Below, piece after piece: positions 1 to 19,293 of a stretch of 64,000 nt of DNA. Under the pieces are notes generated by a model that saw nothing but the letters and a program-made list of their open reading frames with translations, searched no databases and was not told the DNA's origin. Positions within the stretch are counted from its first letter, which is position 1. The number at the start of each line of letters is the position of its first letter. The DNA is taken from contig NC_083224.1 in assembly GCF_032191835.1 (NCBI RefSeq), positions 1,240,001-1,304,000 of the forward strand. The letters run 5' to 3'. The stretch is from Heteronotia binoei (taxonomy: Eukaryota). Both the position numbers and the translations under genes were made by a program.

Positions 1-245
1 AAATATCTCCCCCTAAATTCACAGGATCTATATTGATATCAGATGGCCATCTAGCCTCTGTTTAAAAACCTCCAAGGAAGGAGAGCCCACCACCTCCAAA
101 GGAGGAAGCCTGTTCCACTGAGGAACCGCTCTAACGGTCAGGAAGTTCTTCCTAATGTTGAGCTGGAAACTCTTTTAATTTCAACCAGTTGGTACTGGGG
201 CCACGGAAAACAATTCCACACCATCCTCTCTATGACACCCCTTCA
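1..245 (-). mobile_element. CR1 LINE 3' fragment (ATTCTAT-tail family)
   Basis: Same sequence as the CR1 3' units at 7140-7450 and 39500-40650. Confidence 0.8.
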
Positions 246-1427
246 AGTTGTAAATTCCTGACATCTCGTCACGGCAAGGCCAAAGGGAACTAAGGAACAG
301 CTTGTGGGGGGGGGGGGTCCTTTCCCTACCCATCACATTATTTCACCCCAAACTGACCCCCTCCCCCCACAACATCTCCCCTCACACACACGTCTGGATT
401 ACAGTGCCTAGGGACTGGGCTGCAATGTGAAACAGAAGTGTTCTGGATGAGGAAAGGACTAAGCCCCCGCTCCCCAGCTTCTGATATCATCACCTTCCAA
501 AATCACTTTCTAGCAAGGAAGGACTGTGTGGCCTGTATGGGAGGGCCAGCACTACCCTTGAGAGGACACCCGGGAATTAATACAAATCCTCCGCGTGTCC
601 CCTTGGTGCCGGGTGCCAGCTAACTTGTGTACAGGGAAAGGGAAGTCCCTAAATGCCTATGGGTCACTTGGGGGCTGCTGAAAGAGATCCTGAACCTTTC
701 CTGGCAGAGGTGCAGGACAGAGGCCTGCTCACGAGGCGAGACAGACGATAAACTCAGCACCAAAAGAAGCACATCTGTATTTCAACAATTAATTTGGTCT
801 ACATACATAGCAGCAAAACTCGCCACTGCGAGCAGAGGCTTCAGAACCAAAAACAGGAACTCCAAACCAACAGTCCCACCCCCACCACGGCCTTGTTTTC
901 TATGGGGAAATGGGGGCCCAGCCTCCACTCTGTGAGCATCGGGGCGGACGAGCAAGATCAGAAGACAGCAATGCCATCGTGCATCAGGCCCCGAGAGCCA
1001 CAGGACACAGATATTCTGGAGCTCTTTGTTCCAACTGCCAAGTTATAAAAGAGCAGCCAGGACGTGCCTGATTCTAGGAAGAACACACTGAAATCCCAGA
1101 ACAGAGAGGCCTGTGGATAAAGCCTTCCCGATTGTCAAGCTTGCAGCTGTACCCTGCAATTCTGGAAGCTTTGGGGCTCTGTGCACCTTACTGGTCTGCC
1201 CTGAGACTTTTTTTTGGGGGGGGGGGGGAGAACGTCGCCTGTGCAGACCTCTGTTGCATACAGGACAGGAATGAACTTGGGACTGCTTAAATGTTTCCCT
1301 AACGGGCAGAGGAAAAGTCAGTTATATTGCTGGGAAGCTCAGTTACCCTGAGTTTCTTTATGGAGAAAGGAAGAACCACGGTAGGCATTTAGCGTGGCTC
1401 CAGCAGCTGCTGTAGTTCCAGACTGGG

Positions 1428-10560
<9,133 letters not shown>

Positions 10561-10619
10561 CCCACCCCACTTAACCCCCAGCCTCCCACAGAAGCAGCCA
10601 GCGCCTTGCCCCAGCCCTC

Positions 10620-11160
10620 CCCAGCAGCCCCAGCAGCAGCAGCCGCCCCACAGCCGGAGCCCGGGCAGCGCCGCTTCGCCCTCCTATAACCCAGGCGGAG
10701 AGGCCGCCCCACCGAGGAAGTGGCCAATCAGAGGCCACGTCGAAGAAGCGGCAGCCGCTCCACCAATGGGGGAGAGAGGTTCGCCCCTAGAGCGACGTGC
10801 CGGCGCGCCAACCGCCTCGCAGGGGGTCCGTAGGCGGGACTTCCCGTTTCCCTGAGCCGCGGCAGGAAGCACTGCGCCTCCCGCCTCCGGGGGATGACGC
10901 TTCCGAGCGCGCACTTCCGGCCGGGGAGCCTGTCATGTGACCGAGCAAGATGGCGGCCCGTGCCGATGCCGGCCGCTTCCGGGTTCTCTCCTCCGAGGAG
11001 GCGGAGGGGGCTGCCGGGGAGAAGGAGGCCGCGGGCCAGGCGGGGGACCTGCGCAGCGTCCTGGTCACCAGCGTCCTCAACCTGGAGCCCCTGGACCTCG
11101 ACCTCTTCCGGTCAGTCTTGGGTTGGGGAGCAGCCCCGGTTGGGTTCCCGCCTGCTGCGC
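10620..11160. promoter_or_regulatory. CpG island / bidirectional promoter of ZSWIM3 and ACOT8
   Basis: CpG-dense. CCAAT at 10724 and 10763, ETS/GABP-type ACTTCCGG at 10913-10920, YY1-type CAAGATGGCGGC at 10946-10957 overlapping the ACOT8 ATG. Confidence 0.8.
10950..11110 (+). CDS. ACOT8: ACOT8 exon 1
   Basis: MAARADAG...DLRSVLVTSVLNLEPLDLDLFR; donor GTCAGT at 11111. Confidence 0.88.
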
Positions 11161-14100
11161 CAGGGCTGCCAGTCCCCAGGTGGGGAGGCCCTGCTCCCGC
11201 TCCAGGGTCGTCAGAAAGCGGAGTCTGGGCGGGGGGGAATGTCTACTGGGAGCGCCATTATTCCCTATGAAGATCGATTCCCATAGGGTATAATGGAAAA
11301 CTGATCCGTGGGTATCTGAGGCTCTTGTGGGGGAGGCTGTTTTTTTAAAGTAGAAGCATCAGATTTTCAGTATAGCACCCAGTGCCTCTCCCCAAAATTC
11401 CCTCCACGTTTTGAAACGATTGGACCCAGGGGGTCCAATTCTGCAAGCCCCCCCCCAAAAGGTGCCCCCTTTATTATTTCCAATGGAGGGAAGGCATTTG
11501 AAAGGGGTGCGGTCCCTTTCAATGTGATGGCCAGAACTCCCTTTGGAGTTCAGTTGTGCTTGTCCCAACCTTGCTCCTGGCTCCACCCCCAAAGTCCCCA
11601 GATATTTCTTGAATTGGACTTGGCAACCATATCTCACTCACACCTCTCTCTCTCTCTCTCTCTCTCTCCCCGGTCTTGTCTGGCGCAGGGGGAGGCACTA
11701 CTGGGTGCCTGTCACGCAGCGGCTCTTCGGCGGGCAGATCGTGGGCCAAGCGCTGGTGGCGGCTGCCAAGGCAGTGGGCGAGAAGCTGCATGTCCATTCC
11801 CTCCACTGCTACTTCGTCCGAGCAGGTTGGGGAGCAGTGGGGCCGAGGGAGGGCGGCAGGAGGAGTGTTTCTTTGCCTTCTTGAAGCACAGTGGTAGAGC
11901 ATCTGCTTGGGAAGCAGAAGGTCCCAGGTTCAATCCCCGGCATCTCCAAAAAAGGGTCCAGGCAAATAGGTGTGAAAAACCTCAGCTTGAGACCCTGGAG
12001 AGCCGCTGCCAGTCTGAGGAGACAATACTGACTTGGATGGACCCAGGGTCTGATTCAGTATAAGGCAGCTTCATATGTTCACAGGAGGGGAGGTTGCCAG
12101 CTCCGGGTGTGGAAATGCCTGGAGATTTGTAGGGGGGAGAAGCCTGTTGTGGGAGTGCCGTTTAAGAGCTGAGAGATGAGACCGTGGACAGAATGTTGTG
12201 CATTGAAGCTCGTTAGTGCTATGGGAAGAAATATGCTGGTTGAGTAATGTACGCAGGCGCCCCTTGTTGATGGGCAGATTAGATACAGTGATTAATTGGC
12301 TGATGCAGGTGGAATGTTGTGATGTCATATTGTTAATAAAAGCAAGTGCAGACGTGGCAAGGAGGAGTTACTAAGACCTGATTCCTTGCGCAAGCCTCGT
12401 GCACACTTTGAACCTTATCAAGACGTCTTCCCTGAGGTTTTTATTGTCTTATAAATCTTTCTTTCCGCACCTAAGGTGTCAGAGCCGGTCTCCGACAGCC
12501 TGTGAAGCAGCATGGAATCCTAGCGTTGAAAGGGACCTCCAGGGCCATCTAGTCCAACCTCCTGCACAATGCAGGAAAGTTACAAACACCTCCCCCTAAA
12601 TTCACAGGATCTGCATTGCTGTCAGACGGCCATCTGGAGCTGGGTTAGAGGAAGGGAGGGACTTCAGTGCCTTAGGATGCCATAGAATCTACCTTCCAAA
12701 GTGGATATATTCTCCAGGAGAACCCATCTCTGTTGCATGGAAATTAGTTGCATAGGAATATTTTGTAGTAGCAGTTTTGAGAGACACAAAAGGATGAGTC
12801 ACTTCTTACAAGAGTGGCTCACTTGTGGAGCTGGCTGTCCTACAGTGGCCCCCCAGCTTCAGCAGGGTTAAGGGGGGGGATGGTCTGTTGTTATTGGCCA
12901 TTATAACAAAAATGGGGCCTCCTGCATGGTCCAATGCCAGCAGGGGCTCTCTTGCAGCATCTGACTGGCACTGAGCTAGACAGGCCATGGGTCTGCTCCA
13001 GCAGGTCGGCTCTAGCCTGCTTCTCAGTGCAGCTATGGGAAGTGCACCGCTTAACTGGGACTGACAGCGGTACTCTCTACTCACAGGGGACCCATCGGTG
13101 CCGGTCCTCTATCAGGTTGAGCGCACCCGCACCGGCTGCAGCTTCTCTGTGCGCTCTGTCAAGGCCATCCAGCACGGGAAGCCCATCTTCATCTGCCAGG
13201 CCTCCTTCCAAGAGCTTCAGGCCAGCCCTGTGCAGCACCAGTTCCACATGCCTGAGGTCCCCCTCCCAGAGGAGCTGCAGACCCAGGAGGAGCTCATCCA
13301 GCAGTACTTGCAGTGAGTATAGCAGGAAGGGGGCAGTCCTGGCGCAAACAGGATCAGGCAAAGGGGCCGGGCTGCAGTGGTGGTTGGCTCTTGTGCACTG
13401 GGTGGCCCGGAGAACAGCCACAGTCCAAGCAGAAAGTGCTGGAGGCCTGTTTCAGCTTCTCCGACAATATGTACTATGGCAAGAACCTTTGGTCAGACAG
13501 CTAGGCGTCGCTTTGTACTTTGCATCCTGTTCAGAGAGTCAGTTTGGTGTAATGGTTAAGTGCGTGGACTCTTATCTGGGAGAACCGGGTTTGATTCCCC
13601 ACTCCTCCACTTGCAGCTGCTGGAATGGCCTTGGGTCAGCCATAGCTCTTGCAGGAGTTGTCCTTGAAAGGGCAGCTCCTGGGAGAGCCCTCTCAGCCCC
13701 ACCCACCTCACAGGGTGTCTTGTTGTGGGGGGAGAAGATATAGGAGATTGTAAGCCGCCCTGAGTCTCTGATTCAGAGAGAAGGGTGGTATATAAATCTG
13801 CAGTTCTTCAAAACTCACTTTGGGTTTGCTCTGGGTCTGGATGCTTTCTGTCTCATGAACATATGAAGCTGCCTTATACTGAATCAGACCCCCCCTGGGT
13901 CCATCAAAGTCAGTCTTGGCTACTCAGACTGGCAGCGGCTCTCCACTCTCAAGCTGAAGTTTTTCACGCCTACTTGCCTGGACCCTTTTTAGTTGGAGAT
14001 GCCGGGGATTGAACCTGGAACCTTCTGCTTACCAAGCAGATCCTCTACCACTGAGCCACCATCCCTCTCCTGCTCTCCAGCTGAGGTTTTTCACGCCTAC

Positions 14101-16128
14101 TTGCCTAAACCCTTTGTAGTTGGAGATGCTGGGGATTGAACCTGGGACCTCCTGCTTACCAAGCAGATGCTCTGAGCCACCGTCCCTCCCCTGGTGTCTT
14201 GTTTGAAGCTGCCACAATCACTGTTCTCTGAGCCATGGGAGCTTCTGCCAGGGCCAGTTTGTATATTTGGCTCTAGCAGGGAAACTGTTGGCAGCTCCTG
14301 AGGTCCAGCTGGTGCCCCAGGCCCCTGGTGGAGATTGGGTTCTCCTCACACATCTCTTTCCAGCCTAGCATTTCTTTCCAAAGGGACCCAAACCTCATGG
14401 AGAAGTACAGACGGGGGCTGAACAAGATGCTGGCCCAAGAAATCCCCATTGAGATGAAGCCGGTCAACCCGCCTGACTTGCTCCACAAGAACCCTCAGGA
14501 ACCCAAACAGCTTTTTTGGGTCCGGGCCAGAGGCCACATTGGTAAGAAGCCCTGTGCATTTGCGTCCTTGGGAGACTTTGGTGCGATGGGAAACCATGTT
14601 ATTGCAGGCTTTGCTTGTTCTGAACTTCTTGATTGAGGACTGGAGGGAGAAATGAAGCCGCCTTGGTGTGGAATTGGTTTCTGTGGCCCCGGAAGGTAGG
14701 ACCAGAACCATCAGGTTGAAATTAAATCAGAAGAGCTTCTGGCTCAACATTAGGAAGAATTTCCTGACCGTTAGAGTGGTTCCTCAGTGGAACAGGCTTC
14801 CTCAGGAGGTGGTGGGCTCTCCTTCCTTGGAGGTTTCTAAACAGAGGCTAGGCGGCCATCTGACAGCAATGAGGATACTGTGAACTTGGGGGGAGCTGTT
14901 TGTGAGTTTCCTGCCTTGTGCAGGGGGTTGGACTAGATGACCCTGGAGGTCCCTTCCAACTCTATGAAATGCAGGATTCATCTCTGCAGCTGAAGATGTG
15001 GGGCCCTCTGACCAGGTTGTGGGGCCTGCCTAAGCTTTGCATAGACTAGAGATCACCTTTCAGTCTGGTTTTTGTCACCAAAGACTGGCATGGCTGTGTC
15101 CTCAGGGGCTTAAATTGCACCTTCACAGCTGTGAGGGCCTGAAACTTTACAGGTCATTTGCAGCTTTCAGCTCATTAGCCTTGGACTGTGCAGGGAAGCC
15201 AGTGGCTGCCTCAAGCGGGGCAAAATGTTGCTTTACAGACCAGCTGGTGCTGGCCACACACCGCCTTGTGCCCGAGGTGTCCTTTGGTCTTCTTCTGAGT
15301 CAATGGAGCAGGGCTCTGAGCAGGGAACCTCTGCCTTGCAGGCGACTGTGACATGAAGCTGCATTGCTGCGTGGCCGCCTACATCTCCGACTACGCGTTC
15401 CTGGGCACAGCCTTGCTACCTCACTACCACCGCCACCGTGTCCGGTTCATGGTCTCGCTGGATCACTCCATGTGGTTCCACGCCCCCTTCCGAGCTGACC
15501 ACTGGATGCTGTACGAATGCGAGAGCCCCTGGGCCGGTAGGTGCTGCTACCTGTGGATGGGGCGAGGCCCAGACATATGAAGCTGCCTTACACTGAATCA
15601 GACCCTTGGTCCATCAAAGTCAGTATTGTCTACTCTGACTGGCAGCAGCTCTCCAGGGCCTCCAGCTGAGGTTTTTCACGCCCATCTGCCTGGACCCTTT
15701 TTAGTTGGAGATGCCGGGGATTGAACCTGGGACCTTCTGCTTCCCAAGCAGATGCTCTACCACTGAGCCACCGTCCCTCCCTAAAAGGTGGGTGGGGCTG
15801 AGAGGGCTCTCACAGCAGCTGCCCTTTCAAGGACAACTCCTGCGATAGGTATGGCTAACCCAAGGCCATTCCAGCAACTGCAAGTGGAGGAGTGGGGAAT
15901 CAAACCTGGTTCTCCCACTTAAGAGTCTGCACACTTAACCACTACACCAAACTGGCTCTTGGTTGCAGCTGCTGCAGTGACCCACCCCCTCCTTCCCTCT
16001 CTCCCGCAGGTGGCTCTCGAGGGCTGGTGCATGGACGGCTGTGGCGCAGGGATGGCGTTCTGGCAGTCAGCTGTGCTCAGGAAGGAGTCATCCGAGTACA
16101 GGAGCCTCCCCCGGAAAGCAAACTCTAG
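10950..16128 (+). CDS. ACOT8: Peroxisomal acyl-CoA thioesterase 8 (6 exons, 331 aa, C-terminal SKL PTS1)
   Basis: Exons 10950-11110, 11689-11825, 13087-13312, 14384-14541, 15342-15536, 16010-16128 total 996 nt, all GT-AG and phase-consistent. Motifs RLFGGQIVGQAL, HSLHCYF, YISDYAF, SLDHSMWFH, CAQEG; ends ESKL*. Confidence 0.96.
11240..11632. mobile_element. Non-autonomous DNA-transposon-like repeat (GGTTGCCAA-type end); related copy at about 23660-24370 in the opposite orientation
   Basis: Shares GTGATGGCCAGAACTCCCTTTGGAGTTCA and CCCCAAAGTCCCCAGATATTTCTTG with the reverse complement of 23660-23790. The class is inferred. Confidence 0.55.
11689..11825 (+). CDS. ACOT8: ACOT8 exon 2
   Basis: GRHYWVPVTQRLFGGQIVGQALVAAAKAV...YFVRAG; AG/GT flanks. 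Confidence 0.95.
11875..12080 (+). mobile_element. tRNA-head SINE with CR1-like tail (single copy)
   Basis: A/B boxes (CAGTGGTAGAGC, GGTTCAATCC); tail CTGATTCAGTATAAGGCAGCTTCATATGTTC. Confidence 0.8.
13087..13312 (+). CDS. ACOT8: ACOT8 exon 3
   Basis: DPSVPVLYQVERTRTG...QQYLQ; donor GTGAGT. Confidence 0.95.
13536..13805 (+). mobile_element. CORE-type SINE
   Basis: GAGAGTCAGTTTGGTGTAATGGTTAAG...GGGTTTGATTCCCC...CACCTCACAGGGTGTC. Confidence 0.8.
13858..14190 (-). mobile_element. tRNA-head SINE multimer
   Basis: Two tandem heads plus one tail on the minus strand. Confidence 0.8.
14384..14541 (+). CDS. ACOT8: ACOT8 exon 4
   Basis: DPNLMEKY...FWVRARGHIG; donor GTAAGA. Confidence 0.95.
14640..14965 (+). 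mobile_element. CR1 3' fragment
   Basis: [44 protein letters not shown], plus 3' UTR. Confidence 0.85.
15342..15536 (+). CDS. ACOT8: ACOT8 exon 5
   Basis: DCDMKLHCCVAAYISDYAFLG...ECESPWAG; donor GTAGGT. Confidence 0.95.
15575..15965 (-). mobile_element. tRNA-head SINE followed by a CORE-SINE fragment (ACOT8 intron 5)
   Basis: Same families as at 11875 and 13536. Confidence 0.75.
16010..16128 (+). CDS. ACOT8: ACOT8 exon 6
   Basis: GSRGLVHGRLWRRDG...ESKL TAG. Confidence 0.95.
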
Positions 16129-16285
16129 CCAATGCCTCCTCCCCCTTGCCCCGCCCCAGCTTCTGCCGGGCCCTCCTGGACTTAACGGATCAGCTCCAGA
16201 GGCCGCTGGTGGCGGTGCAGGGAGGGGGAGGGGACACAACAGGGCAAGTTCAAAGAAATTCACACCCCAGTTCGGTAGCACTTAT

Positions 16286-16291
16286 TTTATT
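16286..16291 (-). terminator. SNX21: SNX21 polyadenylation signal
   Basis: The first AATAAA I found on the minus strand after the SNX21 stop at 16849. Confidence 0.65.
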
Positions 16292-16321
16292 GGGCTTGTA
16301 AATTGCAGTGTTCCTATGGCT

Positions 16322-16327
16322 AATAAA
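16322..16327 (+). terminator. ACOT8: ACOT8 polyadenylation signal
   Basis: AATAAA 194 nt after the stop, followed by a GT-rich tract (TGTGGTCTCCTGTG). Confidence 0.75.
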
Positions 16328-16848
16328 GTGACTGAGGCTTCCCACGAGGCTGTGGTCTCCTGTGCCGGGGAGAGGCCAGGCCTCCATCCCTTTCTTACTG
16401 CACCGTTACTGGGGAGGGGAGACTGCTGTGTCAACAGGGAGACAACTTCCTCCAGTTGCTGGAGAGGCTATTCTACCGCTGGGGGCTCCCGTGGCCGAGG
16501 GACAGAAAGTTCCAGTGCAGCATCCCCCTCAGCTTCCCTTTGCCTCTGCCCTGATGGTAGCACCTCAGTCGTTCTTCTCTCCCAAAGCAGCAGCAGCTTC
16601 CCCTCCCATAGCCGCCGAGTTCCCTCCCTACCTACCCTGTGCTGGGCGGGGGTTAGTGTCATCCCGTGAGGCAGAAGGGGGCCGTCCCTTGTCCCCTCAA
16701 GCATTCAAGTACTATTAACGCCCCCCTGGCCAAGTCCCAGGTCAAATCCGTCCCAAGCAGCCCTTCCTTCCTCTCCCGGCTGCCGGATTGGTTAGGCCAG
16801 GGGAGAAGTGCGACTCTAGCCAGGCTGCCCTCCCTCCCTCCCACAGGC

Positions 16849-17520
16849 TCAGGGCAGGGGCTGCTTGACGAGGAGCTCCTTCAGGGTGGGGGGCTGTGGC
16901 CCAGCCAGCCCAGTGTCCTGCAGCCTCTGCAGCCAGGCTTCCGCCTGCCGCTTGTCCTTGCCCAGCATCCAGGTGAGGTGGACGTGGGCCTGCAGGAAGG
17001 GGGCCAGGAACGGGTGGCTGTCCTGGGCCTCCAGCAGCCGCAAGGCCTGCTCGCTGTGGGCGTGGGCCTCGGCCAGGCGGTCCAGCTCCTGGTGGCAGAC
17101 GGCCAGCCCCGCCAGGCTCAGCAGGAAGTGGCCCGAGCGGCAGGCGCCCAGCTTGTCCTGCAGCCGGTGGGCATTGGCCCACGCCCCCAGGGCCTCGCGG
17201 TACATGCCACTGCAAGTCAGGCGCTGCGCTGCCCGCAGGTCGCTCAGGAAGAAGAACTCTAGGAACTCGGCAGAATGACGGATTTCCGGCCGGGAATGCA
17301 GGTGGGAGAGGAACTGCTCAAAGGCCCGGCTGCGCTTGGCGATCGTCTCGGGGGTGAAGTTGCGCCGCAGCCGCTTCCGCGGGAAGGAGACGCCTGCCAT
17401 GGCGCTGCCGAAGCGCCGCCGCAGGAGCCGGTTCAGCTGCTCAAAGTCTGAATAGCGCCGGGCGATGGAGGCGGGGGCCTTGTCAAACTGCCCCGCCCGG
17501 ATCAAGTAGATGGTGTAGAG
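16849..17520 (-). CDS. SNX21: SNX21 last coding exon
   Basis: LYTIYLIRAG...LVKQPLP TGA; acceptor CTGCAG at 17526-17521. Confidence 0.95.
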   Translation of the reverse strand, partial: LYTIYLIRAGQFDKAPASIARRYSDFEQLNRLLRRRFGSAMAGVSFPRKRLRRNFTPETIAKRSRAFEQFLSHLHSRPEIRHSAEFLEFFFLSDLRAAQRLTCSGMYREALGAWANAHRLQDKLGACRSGHFLLSLAGLAVCHQELDRLAEAHAHSEQALRLLEAQDSHPFLAPFLQAHVHLTWMLGKDKRQAEAWLQRLQDTGLAGPQPPTLKELLVKQPLP

Positions 17521-19041
17521 CTGCAGGGGGGGGGGACGGGAGAGGTGAGGGGAGGGGAGCCAACCAGAAGCCACCCACTCCAGCAAGACAGACCCCCCCA
17601 GCCACACATCACACCCCCCACACATCAGACACACACATACACATCACCCCCACACACACACCACACATCACCCCCCACCCCCACACATCACCCCCCACCC
17701 CCATCGCACACCCCCACACATCACACACACACATATCACACCCCAAACACCCCCCCACACACATCACCCCCCACCCCCACACATTGTACCCCCCACACAC
17801 ATCGCACACCCCCACACATCACACACACATACATATCACACCCCACACACACATCACACCCCCCACACCCTCACACCTCCCCCACACATCACACCCCCAC
17901 ACTTCCCACACACATCACCCCCCCACACACACATCACACACCCCCAGACACCCCCCCCACACACACATCACACCCCCCCCACACACACACATCACACCTC
18001 CCACCCCCCCCACCCACACACACCCCCACCCACACCACACGCAAAGAGCAACTGTCAGCAGACCCGCTCCTGAGGCAAGTGAAGCAGAACTGGCCTCCAG
18101 TGCAAATTACCTGAGGCTCTTCTGAGCCAGCCATGGCCCAGTTGCAGCAGGAAGGAAGGAAGGAAGACAAGAGTCAGGGCCAGAACCCACCAAGCCCCCC
18201 CCCCCAGGGGGACGCGAGAGCCAGGCAGCATGCAGCACGTGAGGCCTCCATCCTGGTGGGCCCCTCTCCTCTCCTCTCCGAGCTGCCCCAGCCAGGGGAG
18301 AACCAAGCCGTCCCCCTCCCCCCATGCTGGCTCTCCCCGGCTGGGGGCCTCTCGCCTCCACTCACCACGTACTTGGAGCTGCGCTCGTTGACCACGTTGG
18401 CGTTGGTCACCTCAAAGAGGAGGCGCTGGGGCACGAGGCTGCCCCGCGACTTCCGCCAGAGCTCCTGCAGCTGCCGGGTGAGCATGTTGCTGCCCTGGCG
18501 CTCGGCCGACGGGGGGCCGGGTTCTGCTCCAAAGGAGGGGGGGGAAGGAAGAGGGAGCTGTCAGGGGGGAGGCAGAGACTCTGGTGCTTCGCTGTGGCTT
18601 GCTGACAACCTGCCCCCCTCCCCGATGGCCACTGCCAGACCGAAACCACCAGGTATTGCCACCCGGGATGCCTCTGCAGGCGGGCATCTCGGCTCTGCTG
18701 CTTGGGGGAAAGAGACCAGCTACACGGTGTGGGGGGGAGGGAGAGTTCCTGCCCAGACCCCTACCTCCGTCCTCTGAGGCACCCCCCAGCAGCTCTGGAG
18801 GCGGGGCTTCTCCCAGGTCCTGCCCGGTCCCCTCAGGGGCTTCTTCCTCTGCCTCCTCATCCTCATAATTGCTGGAGAAGCTCAGAGTCCCGCTGAGGCG
18901 CGTGGAGAGGCCCTCTGTGTCGTCCTCCAGCTCGGAGCTTTCCGGAAACTCTTCCACTCCCGAGCCGCAGTCGGGCAGGCCGTCTGGCTCCCCTTCCTTG
19001 GTCAGCGCGTGCCGCAGGCGGTGCAGGATACGCGAGGCCAT
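16849..19041 (-). CDS. SNX21: Sorting nexin 21 (PX domain plus TPR-like C-terminus, about 368 aa)
   Basis: Exons 19041-18765, 18523-18366 (or 18526, NAGNAG), 17520-16849. Matches recalled human SNX21 (MASRLLHRLRHAL, FPESSELEDD, QRLLFEV, RRYSDF, FPRKRLRRNF, PPSLKELL). Confidence 0.95.
17590..18045. repeat. C/A-rich minisatellite (CACACATCACCCCCC-like) in the last SNX21 intron
   Basis: Repeated ACATCAC(A)CCCCC cores, almost no G. Confidence 0.9.
18366..18523 (-). CDS. SNX21: SNX21 internal exon (158 nt)
   Basis: PGPPSAERQGSNMLTRQLQELWRKSRG...SSKYV; donor GTGAG; tandem acceptor GAGCAG. Confidence 0.92.
18765..19041 (-). CDS. SNX21: SNX21 first recognisable coding exon
   Basis: MASRILHRLRHAL...ASEDG; acceptor at 19064-19063 lies 21 nt (in frame) upstream of the ATG; donor GTAGGG. 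Confidence 0.92.
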
Positions 19042-19293
19042 TGCGCTGTGGCAGCGGGGACCCTGCAAGGGAGAGCTGGTCACAGGTGGCCCGGAGTGGC
19101 CGCAGCTCAGTGGCAGAGCCTCTGCTCAGCAGGCAGAAGGGCCCCAGTTCAACCCGCAGCTACATCTGATAAAGGAGTGGGCAGCAGGTGATGGGAAGGA
19201 CCCCGACGTGAGGCCCTGGGAGCCTCTGCCAGTCTGAGGACTGACTTGGATGGGCCGAGGGGGGTGGTCTGGCACGGGAAGAACCGAAGGAAC

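Noticed and set aside
438-1427. ZSWIM1, expected downstream of ZSWIM3 by synteny
   Set aside because: No ZSWIM1-like coding sequence in 1-1427; it presumably lies left of the window. The small ORFs here are unsupported.
17545-18125. His/Thr/Pro-rich ORFs (189 aa, 113 aa)
   Set aside because: Translation of the CA-rich intronic minisatellite.
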